A stretch of 33,023 bases of DNA. Origin: a virus (taxonomy: Duplodnaviria; Caudoviricetes). The stretch is taken from positions 1-33,023 of the IMG/VR virus record IMGVR_UViG_3300025508_000085; one strand, 5' to 3'. Every line of letters begins with the position of its first letter. Within the stretch, counting starts at the first letter, position 1. A program made the position numbers and the translations under genes. Under the pieces are notes generated by a model. The model saw nothing but the letters and a program-made list of their open reading frames with translations. It did no database searches and had not been told where the DNA came from. Positions 18,436 through 26,788 of the stretch are shown here, one piece after another.

Positions 18436-19539
18436 GTGTCAAGAGGTGATTTAAATAGAGGATTTTTTGGACCATTATTTATATTAGGTTTATTAACAGT
18501 ATCGTTTGTTGCAAGTGCAGACCAAACAGGAGACTGTACTTCGGGTACACAGTATTGTGAAGACAATGGTTTAACTACTATTAATACTACGGTGACTACA
18601 AATACTAACACCAATAACAATACTAATAATAATACCAACACCAATACTAATACAAATAGTAATACGAATAATAATACTAATATAAATACTAATACTAACA
18701 CTTCGACTAACAATAATAACAATGTTAATACCTCAACTAACACAAATAACAACGTTAATACTTCCACATCTACAAGCAATAATACCAATACTAATAACAA
18801 CGTCAACACATCTACGTCTACATCTAACTCTACTGTAAACTCTACAGTAAATCAGAATGTAAATAACAACAGTAATTCTACTAGTAACAATACAAATACT
18901 AATAACAATACAAACGTTAATCAATCTACGTCAGACTCTAATGTTACAACAGATAATACTAATACTAATAATAACAATACAAAGTCGGATAACACTAACC
19001 GGAATATAAACGAGTCTAACTCTACTCAAACAATCAACCAGAATGTACGTAGTAAAGCACCTCCTGCTTCTGCTATAGCACCTAGTATCATGTCTTACTC
19101 ACAAGACCTATGTACTGTAGGACGTTCTGGTGCGTTTCAAGGGCAAGTATTTGGGTTCTCTACAGGAGCTACTGTGACTGACGAGAACTGTGAACGCTTA
19201 AAACTTTCCAAGTATCTCTATGATACCGGTATGAAAGTTGCTTCAGTATCTATACTTTGTCAAGACCCAAGAGTATTTAAGGCTATGGAAATGGCTGGTA
19301 CTCCTTGCCCTTATCAAGGTCAGATAGGTAAAGAAGCTACCAAAGCTTGGGCAGAAAACAAATCTAAAAGACCTGATGCTAAAGAACAAGAAAAACTTTT
19401 TATACAGCAATGCACACACGATAGAAATCCTAACAGAGACAAGATAAATAAAGATGTTGTTGGGGCAGTCAAAGTTATTTATACAACTAAAACTAAAACT
19501 AAAAGGCAATGCAGAAAAGAATTTTATGCTACGCAGTAG
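18436..19539 (+). CDS. Secreted protein with Asn/Thr-rich tract and Cys-containing C-terminal domain
   Basis: GTG with AGGAG RBS; signal peptide ending ASA; ~150 aa N/T tract; SAIAPS...DLC...NCERLK...CQD...TPCP domain. Confidence 0.7.
   Translation: MSRGDLNRGFFGPLFILGLLTVSFVASADQTGDCTSGTQYCEDNGLTTINTTVTTNTNTNNNTNNNTNTNTNTNSNTNNNTNINTNTNTSTNNNNNVNTSTNTNNNVNTSTSTSNNTNTNNNVNTSTSTSNSTVNSTVNQNVNNNSNSTSNNTNTNNNTNVNQSTSDSNVTTDNTNTNNNNTKSDNTNRNINESNSTQTINQNVRSKAPPASAIAPSIMSYSQDLCTVGRSGAFQGQVFGFSTGATVTDENCERLKLSKYLYDTGMKVASVSILCQDPRVFKAMEMAGTPCPYQGQIGKEATKAWAENKSKRPDAKEQEKLFIQQCTHDRNPNRDKINKDVVGAVKVIYTTKTKTKRQCRKEFYATQ
18580..19045 (+). repeat. Low-complexity (N/T/S)-rich coding tract
   Basis: AAT/AAC/ACT codon runs; recurring TNNNVNTSTST units. 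Confidence 0.85.
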
Positions 19540-21659
19540 CGTGTCTCTTAAGTCTTAATGTCTTTAGTCAGTATATCTACGAAGGCAATCAGTCTTTAGT
19601 AGACCTCACTAATCAATCAGGTACAACCAACTTAAACTCAGGAGACGATAGAGTATCTAATGCTTTTAGTCTAGGGTTTAACTTTGATTTTTATAATCAG
19701 ACATTTAATTCTGCTAGAATGGCTACCAATGGTTGTCTTCACTTTAAAACCTCTGGAGCTTACTGCTCAGATTATACACCCGACCCTTTAGCAAATCAGT
19801 ATACTTATACTATGCTACCTTTTTGGACTGACCTCATACGAGATAACGGTTCTAAGATGTTAGCTAAAAGCTTTAGCGATAAGACAGTCTTTGGTTGGTA
19901 TGATATGCGTGAATACAACCGTGCATCTGATAACAGTTTTGAAGTTATATTATGGACTAACGATACCTTTGAGTATAGATATGGTGCATTAGATATAATT
20001 AATCACGATGTTTTAATTGGTGAAGTGGGTAGTGGTAGCTCTGAAGTCTATCAATATTTGTATCACGATGAATGTAGCACAGGTACAACTAACTCTAGTA
20101 GCTGTGTAAGTACTAATTGGAACGACACCTCTGCTAATACTTTGCTAGAAAATGGTGGTTCGTTATATGGTTCTGGTAGTGGTAATGATATTGATTGTAG
20201 TAATCCTCTAAACAATTCAAGCTGTTCAGGTTATGCAGCAGCTTATCAAACTCAACAGTGCGACATAGACCAGTTATACTCTGAGTCATGTCCTTACTAT
20301 TGGGATGCCTATGACGATCTTCAGTGTAATCTAGACCCACAGTATGGACCATTCTGTCAAGGCTATAGACAAGAAGATTCAGTGGCTTACTTTGAAGAAG
20401 AGATTGACTATGGTTATCAAGAAGAGTATGACATGTATGACACTTTTGAAGAGCCAGAAATCTTTGAAGAGTATGTCTTTGAACTTGAGTATGACTTTTT
20501 TGAAGAGCCTGAGTATGTATACGAAGAAGAGATAATCTTTGAACAGATGTTTCCTCGTGAAGAATACTACGAACCTTTTGAAATCATGCATGACTTACCT
20601 ATGCACGAAGAAGAAATCTTTATGCCGGTGGAAGAGTTGTTGATTGAGGAGTTTATCTTTCAAGAAACATTCCTTGTAGAAGATTATAGAGAACCTGAAA
20701 CGTTTATTGAATTGGAAACTATTGAAGAACTGGAGGAATGGTTTGAGGAAGAGACAAGAATGGAAGAAGAACTTGCGTATGCAGAAGAGCCGGAAGAAGA
20801 ATTTATTGAAGAAGTCTTTGAAGAAGAAGCTGTAGAAGAAGTTTTTGAAGAGATAGAAGAAATGCGTGAGGAGATGGAAGAAGAACGTATAGCTGAAGTA
20901 GAAGAAGAAAGAGTAGAAGAACTGCAAGAAGAAGAGATAGTTGTTGGTGCTATACTACCAGAAGGTAAGAGTTCAATAAGTAGAGAAATGGCACTGAACG
21001 TTATCTCCTCTACTCTAAGTACAGCTCAAGCTAGTGTTAGTGGAACTACATCAGGTAGTTCTATACACGCTACAGGTGGCACGACAGGAGCTTCTAGCGT
21101 ATCATCATCTAATTCTAGCGGTGGTATGAGTACAAGTAACTCACCTAGTATGTCAGCACAGTTTGCATCGTCTACTGCACAAAACAATCAAGTATTAGAC
21201 ATGAGTACAAGCTTTAGTGTAAGTAATTCTACAAGCTCTGTAAGCGTTGAAGCTGAGACAGTTGAGACAACGAGTGTCGTAGCTGCTGTAACACCTACTC
21301 AAACTTTACAAAGTCAAATAGATGTGTCAGTCTCTACAGATGCATCAGCTACAGAGACAGAACAAACTGTAGCCAATGTCATAGCCCAGAATTTACAAGC
21401 TGCTCAAGATGATGTTGAAGCTAAACAAGAAGAGACCGGTGAGTATGGCTCAGAGAATACTATCATAGCTTACATGGGATTTGTACCTAACTTTAATAAC
21501 TATAGATTAGTTACAATACCGGACCAAGATATGTGGTACGAGTCTACAGATATTTATGCCAACAATATGTTGTCAGATAACATCGAAGGCTTTTATCAAA
21601 TGGCAGGACAAAGTTTAGAAACATTAATTGAAATGAGACAATTACAACCACCACTATAA
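19509..21659 (+). CDS. Secreted protein with NIDO-like domain, Cys repeats, Glu-rich and Ser-rich tracts (716 aa)
   Basis: Signal peptide; LGFNFDFY...TNGCLHF...LPFWTDL...NSFEVIL...YRYG resembles nidogen-like domains; three C-x9-C-x2-Y repeats; ~190 aa acidic tract. Confidence 0.65.
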   Translation: MQKRILCYAVACLLSLNVFSQYIYEGNQSLVDLTNQSGTTNLNSGDDRVSNAFSLGFNFDFYNQTFNSARMATNGCLHFKTSGAYCSDYTPDPLANQYTYTMLPFWTDLIRDNGSKMLAKSFSDKTVFGWYDMREYNRASDNSFEVILWTNDTFEYRYGALDIINHDVLIGEVGSGSSEVYQYLYHDECSTGTTNSSSCVSTNWNDTSANTLLENGGSLYGSGSGNDIDCSNPLNNSSCSGYAAAYQTQQCDIDQLYSESCPYYWDAYDDLQCNLDPQYGPFCQGYRQEDSVAYFEEEIDYGYQEEYDMYDTFEEPEIFEEYVFELEYDFFEEPEYVYEEEIIFEQMFPREEYYEPFEIMHDLPMHEEEIFMPVEELLIEEFIFQETFLVEDYREPETFIELETIEELEEWFEEETRMEEELAYAEEPEEEFIEEVFEEEAVEEVFEEIEEMREEMEEERIAEVEEERVEELQEEEIVVGAILPEGKSSISREMALNVISSTLSTAQASVSGTTSGSSIHATGGTTGASSVSSSNSSGGMSTSNSPSMSAQFASSTAQNNQVLDMSTSFSVSNSTSSVSVEAETVETTSVVAAVTPTQTLQSQIDVSVSTDASATETEQTVANVIAQNLQAAQDDVEAKQEETGEYGSENTIIAYMGFVPNFNNYRLVTIPDQDMWYESTDIYANNMLSDNIEGFYQMAGQSLETLIEMRQLQPPL

Positions 21660-21660
21660 T

Positions 21661-22074
21661 ATGGCATACTCAAATAAAGTTGTAGATAGGTTTGAAGGAG
21701 TTTTAAATAACCCAGAAAAATATTCAGTCGGTAGATTTGACCCTAAAGATTTAGATGTGGGTACAGGTATGGTTGGTGCACCAGCCTGTGGTGATGTAAT
21801 GAAGTTACAAATTAAATGTAAACTACATGGTAACAGACATGTCATTGATGATGTTAAGTTTAAAACTTATGGATGTGGGTCAGCAATAGCATCAAGCACT
21901 ATGTTTGTTGACATGTTAAAAGGAAAGACAATAGAAGAAGCTTGTCAAATAAAAGATAAAGACATAGCTAAAGCTTTGGAGTTACCACCTATCAAGTTAC
22001 ATTGTAGTGTGTTAGCAGAGGATAGTATAAAACAAGCCATAAATGATTGGCAACAAAAACAAAACGGAGAATAA
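21661..22074 (+). CDS. iscU: Fe-S cluster assembly scaffold IscU (auxiliary metabolic gene)
   Basis: GTGMVGAPACGDVMKLQI, FKTYGCGSAIASS and LELPPIKLHCSVLAED; all three Cys, the Asp and the His are conserved. Confidence 0.95.
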   Translation: MAYSNKVVDRFEGVLNNPEKYSVGRFDPKDLDVGTGMVGAPACGDVMKLQIKCKLHGNRHVIDDVKFKTYGCGSAIASSTMFVDMLKGKTIEEACQIKDKDIAKALELPPIKLHCSVLAEDSIKQAINDWQQKQNGE

Positions 22075-22075
22075 T

Positions 22076-22432
22076 ATGGATTGGTTACAAAATAAAACAA
22101 CACAGTTTATTGCATTGATGGGTATCATTGGAACTCTTGCAGGGTTTGGATACACAGGTGCGACCTATGTGAATAGAATAGAAAACTTAGAATCAAAAGC
22201 TCAACAAGCTAAAGAAACTGAGCAAGGAGTGGATGAGGTTATCAATAGGATTGAAGCGTTAGAAACATCAGTAGAATATATTAATAAAACTATTGATGAA
22301 ACTATTTTACTTAAGATTAATAACCTCGAATCTATTCGATCTGATATGTCAGGTATGAAAGCTGATATAGAAAGTGTTAAGACTGATATAAAAATATTTA
22401 AAGAAGAGAATAAGAATCCTTTAGCAGGATAG
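22076..22432 (+). CDS. Membrane-anchored coiled-coil protein (118 aa; spanin-like topology)
   Basis: A better start is at 22076 (GGAGA RBS, TAA-T-ATG junction); TM FIALMGIIGTLAGFGY, then heptads ending in NPLAG. Confidence 0.55.
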   Translation: MDWLQNKTTQFIALMGIIGTLAGFGYTGATYVNRIENLESKAQQAKETEQGVDEVINRIEALETSVEYINKTIDETILLKINNLESIRSDMSGMKADIESVKTDIKIFKEENKNPLAG

Positions 22433-22651
22433 TTACTTAAGTACGTTTAACTCTCTTTGAAAATAATTATGTAAGTCTCCCATCTTTGACTTACCGTTAC
22501 GGAGGATTGTTTTGATTAAGTCTCTCTCATCAAGAGGGAATATCTCATCGACCATATCCTCCGGTAACATACTAAACTCTGTAACTATTTCATTCTTGCG
22601 TGTAAGAAGCACTTTAAAACTTACTAAGTTTGCTTCGTTCTTATTAACCAT
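22433..22651 (-). CDS. Hypothetical protein (72 aa)
   Basis: ATG at 22651 with GGAGAG RBS, overlapping the nrdB stop. Confidence 0.6.
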   Translation of the reverse strand: MVNKNEANLVSFKVLLTRKNEIVTEFSMLPEDMVDEIFPLDERDLIKTILRNGKSKMGDLHNYFQRELNVLK

Positions 22652-23627
22652 TATCACTCTCCAAGTTTGCAAAGGTTATCTTATCTTGTCTACCACGTAG
22701 TCCTGCTTTCATATAAGAAGTAGCACGACCTTCAAAGAAGTTCTGATGTTCAACACCCATCACTTCATCCAACCAACCTAGAGGATTCTCACGCTGGTCA
22801 TAGTTTGTTTTTAATCCTAGCTGGAGTAATCTTCTATCAGCTATATATCTATTATAAGCATACATATCTTTCTTGGTAAGACCTTCAAGGTCTCCCATAT
22901 CAAACACTAAGTCTAAGAATTTATCTTCTAGCACTACCATTGTTCTACATATATCATAGAGTTCTGCTTTAAAATCATCTGTCCATATATCTAAGTTTTC
23001 TTGGATAAACTCTCGAAACAATTTAGTCATAGCTTCAACGTGCATAGACTCATCACGTATAGAGTACGTAACTATCTGTCCCATACCTTTCATACGTCCA
23101 AAGCGTGGGAAGTTTAACAAGATTGCAAAGCTACTAAACAACTGTAGTCCTTCTGTAAAAGCTGAATAGACTGCTAAAGTTTTGGCAATGCTTTTTTTAT
23201 CCGACTTAGTTGTCTTAAGCTTACGAACATACTCATGTTTATCTGCCATCTCTTCGTACTCTGCAAAAGCTTTGTACTCTATCTCAGGCATACCAACTGT
23301 ATCAAGCAGTAAACTGTATGCATGTTGATGAATAGATTCCATGTTCGCAAAAGAACCCATCATCATTCTAGCTTCAGGCTTTCTAAAGATACGCATGTAT
23401 CTATCAACATATCCGGCACCAACATCTACATCTGATTGAGTAAACAATCTAAAGATTTGAGTAAGTAAATTCTTTTCTTTTGAATCTAACTCCTGCCAAT
23501 CTTTTACATCAGTGTGTAAAGGTACTGACTCCGGCATCCAATGCATTTGGTTTTGTAAGACATAGTAGTCAAACATCCATGCATGGTCAAAAGGTTTGTA
23601 GTAATCTCTTGTATCTAATAAACTCAT
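22644..23627 (-). CDS. nrdB: Ribonucleotide reductase class Ia beta subunit
   Basis: HWMPE, FTQSD, ESIHQHAY (ExxH plus radical Tyr), TEG, RDESMH, NFFE.RAT.Y. Confidence 0.95.
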   Translation of the reverse strand: MSLLDTRDYYKPFDHAWMFDYYVLQNQMHWMPESVPLHTDVKDWQELDSKEKNLLTQIFRLFTQSDVDVGAGYVDRYMRIFRKPEARMMMGSFANMESIHQHAYSLLLDTVGMPEIEYKAFAEYEEMADKHEYVRKLKTTKSDKKSIAKTLAVYSAFTEGLQLFSSFAILLNFPRFGRMKGMGQIVTYSIRDESMHVEAMTKLFREFIQENLDIWTDDFKAELYDICRTMVVLEDKFLDLVFDMGDLEGLTKKDMYAYNRYIADRRLLQLGLKTNYDQRENPLGWLDEVMGVEHQNFFEGRATSYMKAGLRGRQDKITFANLESDNG

Positions 23628-23803
23628 CTGTTCTCCTTGTTAAATCTCTTAACTAAATATTTAAAATTTTCAATTACATATCCTGCGTAATCTTTTGTTT
23701 TTGAGAATGGGTCTTTATGTTCATCACAATAATCTAACCACATCCTACTAGTAAAGCCAGAAAACTTCTGACTAAACACAGTATCAAATTCTGATTGTTT
23801 CAT
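23624..23803 (-). CDS. Small hypothetical protein (59 aa, MKQSEF...RMWLDYCDE), not in the ORF track
   Basis: AAGGA RBS; TAA-T-ATG junction upstream and ATGA overlap with nrdB. Confidence 0.7.
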   Translation of the reverse strand: MKQSEFDTVFSQKFSGFTSRMWLDYCDEHKDPFSKTKDYAGYVIENFKYLVKRFNKENR

Positions 23804-23804
23804 A

Positions 23805-23948
23805 TTAATCCTTTGGTAAATAAACTATAACAGCCGAGTTACATTTAGGGCAACTTAAATTAGTTTCCATAATATACTCATCGTTCTCATCTTCTATGTC
23901 GTGGTCTCCACCCCATATTAATTGTGTTCCACAGTGCCAACAATCCAT
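23805..23948 (-). CDS. Small CxxC...CxxC metal-ribbon protein (47 aa), not in the ORF track
   Basis: MDCWHCGTQLIWGGDHD...LSCPKCNSAVIVYLPKD; GAGGG RBS; starts 1 bp after the nrdA stop. Confidence 0.75.
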   Translation of the reverse strand: MDCWHCGTQLIWGGDHDIEDENDEYIMETNLSCPKCNSAVIVYLPKD

Positions 23949-23949
23949 A

Positions 23950-25845
23950 TTATCCCTCACATGCGATACATTCAGCATCGTCTAATTTAATACGTTGTAC
24001 TTTAGTGTTTACGTTCTCTGCATTACGAGCAGCATTAGTTCTAAAGTAATATAAAGATTTAAGTTTGTTCATACCATACCAGTGCACATCATTGACATAC
24101 TGCATATACTCATCATGTACTTCCTGTGGTTCGGTAGCTGTAGGTATAGTAAAGAAAAGATTAACTGACTGTGCTTGACAAATAAACTCTTGTCGTTTAG
24201 CAGCGTGTTCAATAATCCATATTTGATCTATCTCATTAGCAGTCTTGAATATTTCTTTTTCATCATCTGTAAAAATATCAAGGTGCTGTACGGAACCCTC
24301 GTTACCTGCAATGTCTTTCCAGACTGAAATCAACTCATCTTTCTTTAATCCTTTATCTTTAAGTATCTCTTCTAAGTATTTGTTTTTAACTTGGAACGAG
24401 CCTGAGAGAGTCTTGTGCGTATAGACATTAGCCCTGTATGGCTCAATCGAAGGAGATGTCCCACCACATATGATACTAGAAGAAGCATTAGGAGCAACAG
24501 CGAGTAGATGAGCATTACGCCTACCACTACCACTGACATCAGGTGACTCACCACGTTCATCAGCAAGTCTTTCAGTTGCTCTAATTGAATGTCTCTTAAT
24601 GTGTTTAAATGCTTTGTAATTAAAGCCCGTAGCGAAGATACCCTCAAAAGGAATGCTGCGTGATTGGAGATACGAATGGAATCCCATCGCACCAAGACCC
24701 AACGACCTTTCTCTGTAAGCAGAGTAGGCAGATTTAAGAAACCCTTCTTTGCCCGGCTTAATATGTTTTTGAAACCTTTTAAAATTTGCATTATATTCTC
24801 CTAAGTTATTGGTGTCGACAGCATTATCAATGTAATGTTGTAATACATTGTCAAGCATGGTAATTAAATCATCAATGAACAAAGGGTTCTCACTCCACTC
24901 ATCAAAGTATTCTAGGTTTACGGAAGACAAACAACACACTGCTGTTCGTTCTTCGTTAGTAGGTAAAGTAATCTCAGAACATAGATTGCTCTGTTTGATT
25001 TCTAATCCTAAATCTTTTTGTTCTTTAGGTAATGCTTCGTTACATGTATCTATATTAATCATGTAAGGCTCACCTGTCTCTGCTCTTGCGTTGATGATCT
25101 GCCACCATAAGTCTCTAGCATTTACAATCTTTGTAGGTTCGTGAGTCTTCGGGTCAATCAATCTAAAGTCTGCATCTTCTTGTACAGTTTTGAGAAACTC
25201 ATTGGTAATGTTGATACCATTGTGAAGATTAAGATTCTTACGGTTGATATCACCACCAGATTCTTTACGCATGTTAATAAACTCTTCAATCTCCGGATGA
25301 GATATGTCCATGTATGCAGCATAAGAACCACGTCTTGTTGTGCCTTGATTAAAGGCTAACATCTGAGAATCTACGACATGCATGAAAGGGATTGAACCAG
25401 TAGACTTACTACCGTGAGTAGTAGAAATACCATTACTCCTAATATCTCCCCAAAATCCACCAATACCTCCACCCGAACTTGCCAACCAAATATTCTCGTC
25501 ATAGTGAGCAGATAAACCATCCCTGCTATCAGGTACATAATTGAGGAAACAGCTAATAGGAAGCCCACGACTTGTTCCCCCGTTACTAAGTATAGGAGTG
25601 CTAAACATGAACCAACAAGAGGAACTGTAGTGATAAAGTCTTTGAGCCAACTCAAAATCTGTGTGACCTTTGTAGGTTGCTCCGAAGACTGATGCTCTGG
25701 CAAACGCTTCTTGTGCATGTGTTTCATTCTCCCATAAGTATCTATCCTTGAGAGTATCAAGGCTAAACTTATCTAATAGTTTTTCATTACTGTAATTAAT
25801 TTTTATACCAAGATATTCCTTGATACCTACTTTATCATCTACCAT
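23950..25845 (-). CDS. nrdA: Ribonucleotide reductase class Ia alpha subunit (no ATP cone)
   Basis: STPILSN, ISCF, QSNLCSEI (NxCxE), VCCLSS, APNASSS, LYY and C-terminal CIACEG. Confidence 0.95.
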   Translation of the reverse strand: MVDDKVGIKEYLGIKINYSNEKLLDKFSLDTLKDRYLWENETHAQEAFARASVFGATYKGHTDFELAQRLYHYSSSCWFMFSTPILSNGGTSRGLPISCFLNYVPDSRDGLSAHYDENIWLASSGGGIGGFWGDIRSNGISTTHGSKSTGSIPFMHVVDSQMLAFNQGTTRRGSYAAYMDISHPEIEEFINMRKESGGDINRKNLNLHNGINITNEFLKTVQEDADFRLIDPKTHEPTKIVNARDLWWQIINARAETGEPYMINIDTCNEALPKEQKDLGLEIKQSNLCSEITLPTNEERTAVCCLSSVNLEYFDEWSENPLFIDDLITMLDNVLQHYIDNAVDTNNLGEYNANFKRFQKHIKPGKEGFLKSAYSAYRERSLGLGAMGFHSYLQSRSIPFEGIFATGFNYKAFKHIKRHSIRATERLADERGESPDVSGSGRRNAHLLAVAPNASSSIICGGTSPSIEPYRANVYTHKTLSGSFQVKNKYLEEILKDKGLKKDELISVWKDIAGNEGSVQHLDIFTDDEKEIFKTANEIDQIWIIEHAAKRQEFICQAQSVNLFFTIPTATEPQEVHDEYMQYVNDVHWYGMNKLKSLYYFRTNAARNAENVNTKVQRIKLDDAECIACEG

Positions 25846-26111
25846 TATGAGTTCTCTGTGTCGTGTACGTTAAGCATTATTATACCATAATGTAGTATCT
25901 TTAGCAAGTCTTTTCTGTTCTTTCCGTCTTTGTTTCCATAACGTTTAGCGTACTTCATAATGTTACCAAGAGTAAACCCTTCACCATGTCCTGAATCAAT
26001 GATGATGTCTGTTGCTTGATACTTATCGGAAGCATAATGCTCACCATATGTACCATCAATATAAGCCTGTAGTTCTTGTATTAGTTGTCCTTCATTAAAT
26101 TTATAGTTCAT
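25845..26111 (-). CDS. DUF3310-like phage protein
   Basis: EHY...GFTLGNIMKYAKRYGNKDG...DLLKILHY pattern. Confidence 0.65.
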   Translation of the reverse strand: MNYKFNEGQLIQELQAYIDGTYGEHYASDKYQATDIIIDSGHGEGFTLGNIMKYAKRYGNKDGKNRKDLLKILHYGIIMLNVHDTENS

Positions 26112-26547
26112 CTGTTATCCACTCCTTCGGTAAAGTTTCTTCACTATACCATGTAAAATTATTTGTTTCTGCCCACTCAGCATGGGTTCTTTTTGTTCCA
26201 TTCTTTCTTATCTTAGCTCCCGGCATAGGTGCAAAAGGTTTTTGAAATAAGAATATTAGTTCATAGTCTTCTACTCTCTCACTCAAGGCTTCTCTTATCC
26301 AGATATACTTACTGTATTCAGCATAATCCCAGAACCTTCCCTTTGCTTCTAACAATATTATTTTACCATCAACAGTCTTTACAAAGTCTGGCTCATAAGT
26401 ATGCTCTACTATATAATCAATTTTATCCCAATGATGTTTCCAATCTTGTAAAATTGTTTGATGTATATTATATTCCCATGTACTATCATAGCCTTTAGGT
26501 ACGTTAGTTTTTTTAGGTCTAGGTTTTCTGGGAACTCGTCTAGGCAT
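26101..26547 (-). CDS. Endonuclease I-like (T7 gp3-type) junction-resolving nuclease
   Basis: GYDSTWE...YEPDF...LEAKGRF...THAEWAE..NFTW. Confidence 0.8.
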   Translation of the reverse strand: MPRRVPRKPRPKKTNVPKGYDSTWEYNIHQTILQDWKHHWDKIDYIVEHTYEPDFVKTVDGKIILLEAKGRFWDYAEYSKYIWIREALSERVEDYELIFLFQKPFAPMPGAKIRKNGTKRTHAEWAETNNFTWYSEETLPKEWITDEL

Positions 26548-26788
26548 TCAAGTCTCCAAGAGTAATGTTAGGATTACGTTTTACTTGTTTGTAAAACCAC
26601 CTCAAACTATATGCACTCAATAAAAATTTATTGTTAGCAAAGATATGAGTTTGTTCTGGTAAGAACTCATTAAGATTTTTTCTATTAATCTTAGATGTAT
26701 CTTCTCCATCGGGAACCATTGTTCTTAACCACTCAATGAGTAAGTCTTCTGCTCTCCGTCTTAACTGTTTAGATTTTTTTTGATTCAT
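26540..26788 (-). CDS. Hypothetical protein (82 aa)
   Basis: Overlaps both neighbours in operon fashion; basic N-terminus. Confidence 0.6.
   Translation of the reverse strand: MNQKKSKQLRRRAEDLLIEWLRTMVPDGEDTSKINRKNLNEFLPEQTHIFANNKFLLSAYSLRWFYKQVKRNPNITLGDLNA

Noticed and set aside
18420-18809. Antisense poly-Leu/Val hydrophobic ORF
   Set aside because: Reverse complement of the Asn/Thr codon tract.
24372-24791. 139-aa alternative-frame ORF within nrdA, or a possible intron/intein
   Set aside because: nrdA is continuous and of normal short length; the nested ORF has no recognisable motif.
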